From Blasia pusilla (Eukaryota): 64,000 nucleotides of DNA. The stretch lies in contig CM114271.1 of assembly GCA_050084515.1 (NCBI GenBank), positions 15,562,001 to 15,626,000 on the forward strand, written 5' to 3'. Of this stretch, positions 12,874 through 23,278 are shown in pieces. Below the pieces are notes generated by a model. The model worked only from the letters and a program-made list of their open reading frames with translations, searched no databases and had not been told where the DNA came from. Within the stretch, counting starts at the first letter, position 1, and each line of letters begins with the position of its first letter. Made by a program: the position numbers and the translations under genes.

Positions 12874-13960
12874 TTGGAGAATCTGCGTACTGGCAGCGTT
12901 GCGAGCACAGTGGGTGCTAGAGAGCGGGATCGAGTCCTACAGCGAGCCAGACGGTTCCCCTCGGAGGGGACACATGTGTTGCAAGTATGGAAGGATGGTA
13001 GAGTCCGTGTAGTGCCTCATCCTTTGCAGAGAGCACGTTTGGTGCGTCATGCCCACAAGGAGTTGGGTCATTTTGGAGTGAAGCGGACATATAGCTTGCT
13101 CGAGATTCAGTATTGGTGGCAAGGCATGCAGATTGACGTTCAGGATTTTGTTGCCAGATGCATGGTGTGTGATCGAGTCCGAGCATCGTTCAATGCTCCA
13201 ACTCCACAGTTGCATCCACTTCCGATCATGGGTTTAGGTTAAAGATGGAGTTTGGATTTTGCAGGACCTTTGCCTTTGACGGAGCACCATAGTCGTTATA
13301 TGTTGGTGATGGTCGAGCACTTCTCGAAGTGGATAGAGTTGATTGCATTTCCTGACAAAGTGAGTGAGGGAGTAGCGTATGCCTTCCTAGATCAAGTGGT
13401 GAGTCATTACGGCGCACCAGCTGAGGTGTTGATAGACCAAGGTACAGAGTTCCGCGTGGAGTTTCAGACCTTGTGTGATGAGGCATTGATCGACCACCGC
13501 ACTACTTCGCGAGATCATCCTGAGGCGGATGGACTAGCGGAGCAGGTTTTGTAGATGATGAAGAGAGGACTACGCAAGTATGGCTTGCAAAGAGGTCACC
13601 TAGGAGATTGGGACCTTGAGTTGCCGTGGTTGGCGATGGGATACAGATTCAGCAGGCAAACATCCTTAGCGTCTTTCTCACCGTACTTGTTGCTTTATGG
13701 CCGTGAGCCAGATTTACCTATGGCCATTCTTTGAGATATTGGTGAGGTGTTGAACCTTGATGACCTTGATGTATGGATGCAAGCATGTTCTGAGAGGGCT
13801 GAGTTGTTTCAGAGAGTGATGCCCATGGGGTTTGTGAACTTGGCGATTGCACAATATTGGGATACGTTGAGGTATGCAACTATTTGAGGAGGTGGTTATC
13901 AACCTACTATCCGGAGGTTTCATCAGGGAGACTATGTCTACTTGTAGCAGACGACACCCA
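12874..13960 (+). pseudogene. DDE integrase
   Basis: HHCC zinc finger (HKELGHFG...CMVC); catalytic LDFAGP, DQGTEF and HPEADGLAE. Confidence 0.93.
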
Positions 13961-14151
13961 CGACGTTGGATGTGACTGCAGGGTGCACCATCTTGAGAGT
14001 GCGTGAGGTTTTGCCATCTGATGTTCTCTTATTAGAGGGACGCGATGGTATGGTTTGGAAGGACTATGTGCGTAACTGTATGCCATGTCATCTTCCGAAC
14101 ATTGACGGTACAGTTGATCCAAGCTTAGCAATAGTTCCTACAGGCTTGCCG

Positions 14152-14292
14152 TGTATGTTGTGTGGTTCCGCCCGTGGTGCAGCGACTATGCTAGTCTGTG
14201 ATGGGTGTTCGAGAGGATGGCATACGGCATGTTTGACGCCACCTCTCACTAGGGTTCCTCAGGGATGGTGTATGTGTCCCAGATGTACATAG
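14152..14292 (+). other. PHD finger at the integrase C-terminus (intact C4HC3)
   Basis: CMLCGSARGAATMLVCDGCSRGWHTACLTPPLTRVPQGWCMCPRC followed by the stop at 14290-14292. Confidence 0.92.
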
Positions 14293-14460
14293 AGTAGGTA
14301 GTTTTACATTCCAACTTGTGTTTGTGACATGGATGACAAGAAGGCGACTAACGATGGGGCCACATGCGCACCCGACCTTCTTGCTCTTAGCGTTCGAGAG
14401 ATATATGTCATGGTAGGTAGGATAGATGGCTATCTGGATTTAGAGGGACCTAACCACCAG

Positions 14461-14471
14461 CTAGGGGGGCG
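14461..14471 (+). other. Polypurine-tract-like sequence
   Basis: CTAGGGGGGCG immediately precedes repeat B1; identical at 33943-33953 (minus strand) in copy 2. Confidence 0.6.
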
Positions 14472-14599
14472 ATTGGAGATATTTTGGTACTTCTTATCTC
14501 GTTGTTTGGATGCCTTGAGTTAGCATGGGATCGTGTGTGTTTGTGTGTGTGTTCGGTGACAACGATGTATGTTGTGTAGCGATATGTATGCGCATAATA
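14472..14599 (+). repeat. Split direct repeat B1 (~128 bp), copy 1
   Basis: ATTGGAGATA...CGCATAATA, a direct repeat of 15116-15244. Confidence 0.9.
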
Positions 14600-14601
14600 G
14601 C

Positions 14602-15115
14602 TGTCACGTCTTTTAGGATAGATCGGTGAGATCTAGTAGAGCGCCTTCGTGAGTAGCAAAGGACAATCTCAATAGGTCGAGGATGACCTGTTGAGACCTT
14701 GGGAAACTTGAGAGAGCAGGTTTCCCCTTCGTTTCGGCTCATTTGGAGCCATATTGAGGAACTTCCTATTTTAGGTAAGTACCATTTTAAGTATATGGTC
14801 AAGTTTATATTTTGGGAAGTGGCCCTTGACCTCCTACATAAGGTCAAGAGCCTAGGAGGTGACTTGGGAGCATAGGTTACCATTGGAGAGAGCTTGGGAG
14901 AGGAGAGGGGTATACCTCAAGGAGAGAGAGCTTGAGAGCTCATTCTCTCTTTGTTGAACCTCTTGGCATAAAGCGGCGGAGCTATGGTCCCTTGCATTGT
15001 GAGTGTAACCCAAGCCTCTCAATAGGAGAGTGGATTTGGTTTGACATGAGAGAGAGTGCACACCTTTGAGAGCTATGGTGTGAGATGGTGTAGAGAGAGA
15101 TTGGATCTTACTTTA
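14602..15115 (+). repeat. Split direct repeat A2 (~510 bp, LTR-like, starts TGTCACG), copy 1
   Basis: Matches the 5' termini of copy 3 (61492-62009) and copy 2 (39527-39938), and 33304-33812. Confidence 0.9.
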
Positions 15116-15244
15116 ATTGGAGATATTTTTGGTACTTCTTGTCTCGTTGTTTGGATGCCATGAGTTAGCATGGGATCGTGCGTGTTTGTGTGTGTGTTCG
15201 ATGACGGCGATGTATGTTGTGTAGTGATGTGTATGCGCACGACA
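15116..15244 (+). repeat. Split direct repeat B2 (3' terminus, ends CACGACA), copy 1
   Basis: Direct repeat of B1; homologous to 33176-33303. Confidence 0.9.
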
Positions 15245-15319
15245 ATGATAAATGCAATATCCAAATCTCATTTTTTTTATTAAATGGTCTACTCGCTCCT
15301 TAAATAAATGACTATTGAA

Positions 15320-17720
15320 TGTTTGGGGTTTCAATTATATGAGCATATACTTTGAAATTTTAATGTACGTTATTATTAGTTAGAATCTGATTCGGATACA
15401 ATATAATAATACCAACTTGAAGCCCAAGTGCATATTCTTGGAATCTTGGTTGAAGTTAAGAATATAAAACTGAATTTTGATAAAAAGATCTAGTTCATTT
15501 TGGGAGAAATGACCAAGGATTATTTTAGTTCCAAGTATAGTAACATTCTCTTAAAAGTTCTTAGAGTTGTCACAAGTTAAGCTAGACTAGAATACCAATT
15601 ATGAAACTAAATTCATTGAAGAAAAAAAACCTAAACTCAAATTTTATTAAAAGGTATAGTCAATTATTAAAGAATTGACATTAGACTTATTGAAGTTCAA
15701 AGTATATGGTCATTTTTTCTAATTTTCTTCAAGGTGTTACAATCTAAGATGGGGTCTAACACCAGGTTTGAGCATAAACACCAAGGTTGCATGACAATGA
15801 ACGAGGCCGGACATATCCACGGACATGGCAGGCTGAGGGCCCAAGGCGCGGGCCTTGAGTGGGCTTAAGGTTGTCCAATGGGGGCCCAACCCATCCTACG
15901 GGCCTCATTGTGGGCCATAAAATGGATGCGGGCTTGGCCAGGTTAGGTCTACGCGATGGGCTTATTAAAGACCAAGTTACAATCAAACTCATCAGACATC
16001 CAAACTGCTACATTTGGTACTCACACAAAGTAGGGTAGCTTAATCTTGGTTAGTCAGTTAAGCGCAATTATCTTAACTAGGGTTAGTTAATCATATTTAG
16101 TCTAACTCGAGACTATGGTTAAGATTAGGGTTAGGGTTGCTTGTACATATCCTATATAATTGAGAAGGGGACTAGACTCCACTCATTTTCTCATTGCAAA
16201 ATTTCGTTCTCCATGGTGGTGTGTGAGTGTGAGAGCCGTTTCCCACAAATTATACTTAAGCAGTTTTCTATAGGGTTGAGCGGGCGGGCTTAGGTGTGGG
16301 CCGTACGTACTCGAGCCGCACAGATATGTACGTCCCTACGATGGACATACGTCCCAAGACATGGACATTTCCGTGGACAAATTTTTTTGTATGCAACCCT
16401 GACGTAGGGCCCTTAGCCTACTATGCGAATACAGCCACGGGTGGTGCAGGTTGTGTGCGGGCCGGGCTCGATTAGCCCGGGTCTGCGCGATGGGCTGGGC
16501 GGGCTCAGGTGCAGGTATCCAAGCTTGCACGGACATGTCCGCAGATACATACTTTGTCCGTGTGCAACCTTGATAAATACCTAGTCTTGGTTAAAATTAA
16601 AAATTTTATTTTAGTTAATTACTCATAAATTATCAAAGAAAAAACCTTGAGGATTTTGGAGTTCAAATTGTATGGTCATATTATTCCAAAAATTTCTAAA
16701 AGGTGTCACAAGCTTAAACGGAGTAAAAATTTAAAATACCGAGTTTGAGCCCAAGGGCCTATTCTTTGTTGAAGTTTAAGTTCTGAAACTCAAATTTGAT
16801 TAAATAAAATAGTCTATAGTCGAAGAAATGACGATTGGGATTTTTAAGTATATGGTTATATTCTTTGAAGAACACCTAGTGATCTAAGTTCTATTCTTGG
16901 TTGAAGTTAAAATCTAGAACTCAAATTTGATTCAAAGGTCTAGTCAATTGTTGGAATGTTTGGAGGTCCGAGTATAGGATAGTATTATTTGAAATTTTGT
17001 GGAAGATTTTATAAGCTAAGATATGGTACAATACCAATTTTGAGCCATAATAGACATGTTTTGTTAAAGTAAAAAATCTAAAAATCAAATTTGATTAATC
17101 ATAAAAGTGTAAGAAAATAAAATGTGATGAAATCACTGAAATCTATTACAAATCTTGGAGATACAAAGTGGCCTAGTCCGTCCGTGCGCTCACAGAAGAG
17201 CTTTGATGAAACCTGAACATGGAGATAACTCGACATACGAGAATGTGCTACCGCTGCGGCTCCCGACTATTTCACTACTCTGGAAACTAGGATTTTCTAC
17301 CTATTTTTCTTCGTTTCTATTGATAGAAAATTTTTTCCGGGGGTTGCGCCCCCGAACCCCCGCGACGCATCAAGGTGCCTTGCACTTTGATGCAATATAG
17401 GATTAGATAATCCCAATAACGCTACTCCATAAACCATCTACGTCATATTACTATGACTCCTCCGACGTCTAAGTCGAAACCATCAATCTAAGCTTCTCCT
17501 CATACAAGGGGGCTGATCAGATTAATGATGCACACAGAAGTGGACGTTGAGAATCGAACAAAAAGGTCTAATCAATTGTTGGAGAATGTATGGTATTGAG
17601 ATTTTTGGAGTTCCAATTGTATAAATTTTTTTATTGAAATTCTACGGAAGGTCCGAAGGTGTGATAGGAAAAGATGGACTATAATACCAAGACAAAACCC
17701 AAATGGTTCAAGTTAAAATG
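15320..17720. repeat. Degenerate AT-rich tandem array (~170-190-bp unit, about 7 copies) interrupted by insertions
   Basis: Recurring blocks: TTGGTTGAAGTTAA, CTCAAATTTGATT, AAGGTCTAGTCAATT, GTATATGGTCATATT, AATACCAATTTGAGCC. Confidence 0.65.
15782..16572. mobile_element. hAT-type MITE
   Basis: TIRs CAAGGTTGCA/TGCAACCTTG; 8-bp TSD ATAAACAC/ATAAATAC; an internal extra terminus near 16399. Confidence 0.8.
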
Positions 17721-18493
17721 TAAAGATACCAGTGGAGCATTATCATTAAAAAACATAGGATAGAATATAATTTCACTAATTTTTTGCCAATGGGCATCTA
17801 ATAAGAAATCTGTCGTGTGCCCATAGTAATGATGGTATGTGTCTCTATGAGGAACTTAATTTGTTACATCTTGTGAAAGGTGCAAAAGTAGGGACATGCA
17901 CAAATTTTGGTTAGGATCCAAATTTCCATCTAAGTTTTTCGATAGAATTTCAATGTGACCGATCAAGGTGTTCAAAAACTTTTTACGAAATAATTATACC
18001 ACAAAAAATAGAAAGAGTAGAAATACTTAGATCCTAGAAATCCAATAGGAAAGGTGTATCTTTCTTCTTGGGTCTATGTACCTTAGTATACATTGATACC
18101 TCATGAATGCTAGTTTCATGCTCTTTGGGTTTAGACCCCTAATAAATACCCCGCTCACGTAGACCACCCAAATAATTCGATGGTCTAGGTAATAATCTCC
18201 ACTTGTAAGGAGTAGTAAGAGCATATCCAGCGATTTCCGCTAATTTGGCCCCTTAATTATAATTTATTGAGTTTGTAACCAGGTCAAATGATATCGGGTG
18301 ACCAAACTGTAACAACTTCTCTACCCGCTCATTGGTTTAACATGCCTTAATACACCATATTGCGTTTCCGGTTCCCCACCCATTGGCATAGATTCTTCTT
18401 CGCAAGGGTTTCGTTCTGTGCAGCCGATAGTGGAGAACATCGTGCCGGAAGTGGAGAACATCGATTCAATTGAATCTCGACAGACGTTGAAAC

Positions 18494-19860
18494 ATGGATG
18501 ATTGGAGAGAAGAAATGAATGCAAGGCTCAACGATTCAGATGAAGACCAGATGGAATTCAAATTTATGCAGCAAACAACCCGGGTACTAGCTTCTTTGTT
18601 GACAGGACCTGCTAACCATGGTGGTTCACGACCTTGCAAGGCTGCAAATGTGAACCGACAGAGAGAGGTAGGCCATGAGTGGATCTTTCGAGACTATTTC
18701 TGCCCACATTCATGAGTTTATGGGAACATTTTTTCCAGAAGACGGTTCCGCATGAGGAGGTCATTGTTCCTACAAATCATGAACAAGGTCTGTTCACACG
18801 ACAAGTACTTTGTTCAAAAGAGAGATGCAAGTGGGAGTTTAGGCTTGTTGCCCATTCAAAAATGCACTACAGCAATAAGAATGTTAGCTTATGGCATAGC
18901 AGCAGATGCAACAGACGAGTATTGTAGGATTGGGGAGTCCACAACTATGGAATCTATGAAACGATTTTGCATTGCCATCAAGGAAATTTATGAACCCTTC
19001 TATCTTTGGCAACCAACTCGGGAGGACATTGAGAGACATATGGAAATCAATGAACGTAGAGGGTGGCCAGGAATGTTCGGTTCATTGGATTGCAAGCACT
19101 ACACTTGGAAAAATTTTCCTCTTTCTTGGCATGATCAATTCAACAATAAGGATGGAGACAACAAAATTGTGCTTGAGGCTGTGTGTGACCAATCCCTGAA
19201 CTTTTGGCATGCACACGTTGGGATTCTCGGTTGAAATAACAACATTACTGTGTTGGATTCCAACACAGTAATGTCCTTATTTCAACCAACACAGCTTGGT
19301 GGGAAGCAACAAATTTGTTGCTTCCCACCAAGTCCTCTCATTGAAAATTTCTTAAGACAGGATATTGATTACCTTTCATTTACTGTCAATGCAATGGAAC
19401 TACTTAACCAAGGTACTATTTGTTAACTGATGGCATTTACCCAAGGTACTCCATCTTTTTTCAAACTATTCATGAGCCACAAATAGAGAAGTTTTCCTAT
19501 ATTGCAAAGAAGCAAGAGAGTGCTAGAAAAGATGTGGAGAGGGCATTTGGAGTGCTACAAGCCAAATTTGCAATGATTTCAAACCCCTTTAGGATGTGGG
19601 ATGCAGTACAAGCCGGTGAAGAACATTTGGATGGCCTATGTTTTATTGCACAATCTGATCATTGAAGACGAGAAAGACATGAATTTGGAACCTTTGTTTG
19701 ATTCCATTCCTCAACTAGGAATTTTTCGAGGGTTAACTTTTCAGTATTTGATGGAAGGCGTGATGGAGATCATGGATGAGGGAGCCCATATAGTTTGATA
19801 AATGACTTAATTGAGCACCTATGGGACCGTAGAGGTATGCTTGAAGGAGACGACGAGTAG
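18494..19860 (+). pseudogene. PIF/Harbinger DDE transposase
   Basis: FRMRRSLF, QKCTTAIRMLAYG, GMFGSLDCKH, LTDGIYP, RKDVERAFGVLQ; stops and frameshifts. Confidence 0.92.
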
Positions 19861-20639
19861 CCTATTGCAGCTATCAATAAATGTGCTTTACTTTTGTAGA
19901 ATTGGTGATAGAAATTGACTAGGCATTCCATGGATAAGCCTTGTAATCTCTGAATTAAATGAAAGGGCTATGCTCGTGTATTGGTTGTGGATTGATTTTG
20001 TCCCTCCCTATTCTATTTGAAGCAGTGATTATGCTTGAGTTTGTGTCACTTGCAAGTCTGGTCCCACATCTACTTTATGATTCCTTGGGATTGTGATTGT
20101 AGCTTGTGTACTACTATGTACGACTGGTGAGAATTGCACAATTCTCAATGTTCACATGAAATTTCCAATCCCAAGAAAAGAATGAATTGAACAATTCTCG
20201 ATGTTCACATGAATTTTTTTGGAGAAATTGTAGCCCACAAATTCAGAAGGAGAGGATTCCGTCTTATCATGTGCTTTGATGAAAGTAATTTGGAGTCACT
20301 TTTGTTAGAAAGTTTCATGAGAAGATTCTCCAACTTTGCTTGCACATAATAAAACCTAGGAATTAACTATTACAGTCAAGACTAGAAGAATGCACTATCC
20401 TCTGCCATGGCTATCGCTTTACAAAATTAAGGAGCTGTCCTACCCGTGCCTTCTAGTCGCCATCTAAAACAATTTCAGTATCTCCATCCTAATCGTTCGT
20501 GGCATATTTTCGAAGCCCATTCTCCCATGTCATGCCTACGTCTATTGGGGGACAATTCCCACTATCTGTTCGTGGTACAACAACTCCATCTATTCGACAT
20601 CTCTAGGTGATACTCTCAAATCATGAGATGTTGGAGATA

Positions 20640-21519
20640 TTGATGGACAAATATTCTCATTATAAATATCTCCTTCAGCCAACATTTGTCTCTTGAGGCT
20701 GGCAAGCTCTGCAATCTTTCAAAGCTGTAGGTACTCCTTCCCCAGTGCATCCAAGCTTGAAACATCCATACAAAATACATTCAATGTGGCTTTCCTCAAA
20801 GAGGCTTTTGCCATGGATTGAGACGCCTTCACCTATTCCTTCAATATCAAATCTACTAATTTTTCCTTCTTCAATAGGTCCTTTGCACCCTTGTTTCCTA
20901 GGGGACGTTTCATGCCATATGCAATTTCTACAGAAGGCGTAGATGCCTTCTTGAACGAGTTGCCTTCATTTCCAGTTGAAATCGTGATGTCTACAAGAAT
21001 TCCTTAGCTGCGATGTTTTACTCCTTCTTGTTTCAACTTCATAGACCTATGACCAAGCTCGTTCCACTTTGCGACATCTTTGAGAATTCTCCATGATTCC
21101 AAAAAACTGAAAGAGTGGCCTTTCGGATGTGATTGCTTGTAAAGCTGGAGAGCCTTCTCAATCTGGTCTTGCTCATTCGTCCCTGATTTGTGCAACGCCA
21201 ACACAACTTGGTGGGAAGCAACAAATTTTTGACATGTCATGCTTAATGGCACTCCATTTTGATTCCAAGCTACGGGCATGTCTATAATTTGCACCTGCAG
21301 TCCTTCGTTCATTGTAATGCTTATCAATTTGTGCCCAAAATTTCCCAGACTTATGCCCACTACTGACAATCGGGTCTTGCAAAATGTGGAGAAAAGACAA
21401 ACACAATTTTCTCTCCTCCAGGGCCCAAAAGGAATCGAAGTTGAGACATTACTGCTTGCAATTGGGCATGTGTTCGCCATCGTGTGTGATAAAAAAACAG
21501 TGAAGCGGGTGTGACACAA
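20640..21519 (-). pseudogene. Harbinger accessory Myb/SANT-like (NAM-associated type) protein
   Basis: SFLHILQDPIVSSGHKSGKFWAQI...SLESKWSAIKHDMSK, then ALQLYKQ..HSFSFLESWRILKDVAKW. The 3' boundary is approximate. Confidence 0.8.
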
Positions 21520-23278
21520 CTACAATGCAAAAAAAGCTTCAACGGCCACTTTATCGAGTGCGTGATTCAATGGCGCGTGGAAGAACCTACATTGAGACGA
21601 TGAGCGATGTGAGTAATCTGGACCGAAGAGCAATTGGTGTGTGAGCTTTTCCGTTGCAGCATATCTTATTAAAATAGTGGGTATTGGCCATATTTTGGCA
21701 CGATCAATACAAGATTTTGGCGGGCAGAAGTACGGGTGGGGAATTAAATTTTTTTCCAAGCTCGGTAGTAACCTCATTTACTGTTCCCGGCGCATTTACT
21801 GTTCACCGCCGGAGATGCTCTAACCACTTAATAAACAATCAAGTCTTGCTAAAAAGAATCTGCACTCTTCCATTTCTAGAGCATGACTACTCCCCTCTCC
21901 TCTAGATCTGTTTTCGCTACCCCAAATTTTACCTTTTCATAATATTTAAATCAAAATAAAAAATGTCTTATTATAAATATTGTATTTATAACCATTTAAA
22001 TTATTATGGAAGAATGCCTTCTATTTGATACGTGGAAAACATTTTGAATTGATCTAAATCATCATTCTTCCCTTCGACAAGAGCTCTTCTTCCCTTCGAG
22101 GACGTTACACTAAAAAGAGCTCTTCGAACATTTATTTCTATTGCATATAAGGAGAAAGGTGATGTTTATAATCTTACAACCTCATGGGACATTACCTTCC
22201 TGATTTGTCAAATAGTTTTATCATTTGAAAAGCAAGAAATTATTTGAAAACTAGACTCCACACAAGTAAGACCTTCATAACTTTTTTCATACTAAATTAA
22301 CGCGGAGGTACCATGAAGTGATAAGGCTCTCGAATGAGGCAAGAGAATATTTCTCTTTCCTCATTCGAGAAACATTTAAATTTGAGATCCGGTGCTCCAC
22401 AGTCGCTAGAAAAGGACGGCAAGAAAACAAACTAACATATAGGTAGGCAGCAAACAGATAACAGAAGTGATTGATAGGCATTTTATTGGTGGTTCAGAAC
22501 GAAACATAACATGGAAGGGCTCAAGATTTGATGTTTATGTCGCCTTTCAAGTACAAGCGATCTGATCTAACCACGACTCGATGCTGGGAAAGGAATTTTG
22601 AGAGGCAAAGGGAGCAAACAAGCCAGTGTTTTTTGACCCCATCAATGAGAACAAGAAGCCGTCTATTATTTTATTTTTGGTATGTCCGGCGCACAGTTTC
22701 AGCTCCTTACATCAACTGTGGCGGCATGAGGCGTCCGCAAAAAATGGAGATGCGTTTTGTTGGAGTATGGAAGGCGTGGTCACAACGACCGCTCGAGAAA
22801 AAAAATCATTATCGAACGGCTCGATCCGTGTATTGTGCGGCACAATTAACTTCACGTTTCTGACTCGTCCGTAAACTATGCACTTGAACCAGAACAAAAC
22901 GGTGAAGAAGAAGCCTGAGGTAATCTAGAGGCACAGTCTAATGTTCTATGCAGATAGAGAGCCGGCGAACTATTCATTTAGAAGTTCATACAACGTCTCA
23001 AGATGTTCGATACAGCCGTCTAACCCATTTGATTAATTTTACATAACACTATCTACCTAGCGATTGATTGAAGGGCCTGGCCCAAAGAATGAAGTACTTC
23101 TATATCATGATCAGCCCAGCTACAAGAATGAACCATGATACGCATGAAAGAATGGATGACAGATTCATGATTCCCAAGACGCACACCGAAATTTCGCTCT
23201 CTAGTAACTAACCTCAGTCTTATGTTTACAAAAAAGAACATCCCTGGATTGCTCTGAGGAGGCAGTGATTAGATTAGA

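Larger units (their letters stand above)
6057..15244 (+). mobile_element. Ty3/Gypsy retrotransposon carrying a C5-DNMT domain and PHD finger, copy 1 (5'-truncated, 3' end intact)
   Basis: Domain order gag-PR-DNMT-RT-RH-INT-PHD, ending in CACGACA at 15244. Homologous to copies at 33176-39938 and 61492-64000. The 5' terminal repeat is missing and homology to copy 3 starts near 6057. Confidence 0.93.
18219..21820. mobile_element. PIF/Harbinger DNA transposon (complete ends, decayed ORFs)
   Basis: TIRs GAGCATATCCAGCG / CGCCGGAGATGCTC (12/14 match); TAA TSD at 18216-18218 and 21821-21823; two convergent ORFs. Confidence 0.92.

Noticed and set aside
6057-15244. Classification as a DIRS/Ngaro tyrosine-recombinase element because of the split repeats and MTase
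   Set aside because: It encodes an HHCC/DDE integrase, protease and Gypsy-type RT, the family makes a TSD, and no tyrosine-recombinase motifs are seen.
17195-17240. Hammerhead-like TTGATGA...GATAAC
   Set aside because: The core deviates from CTGANGA/GAAA and the stems do not pair convincingly.
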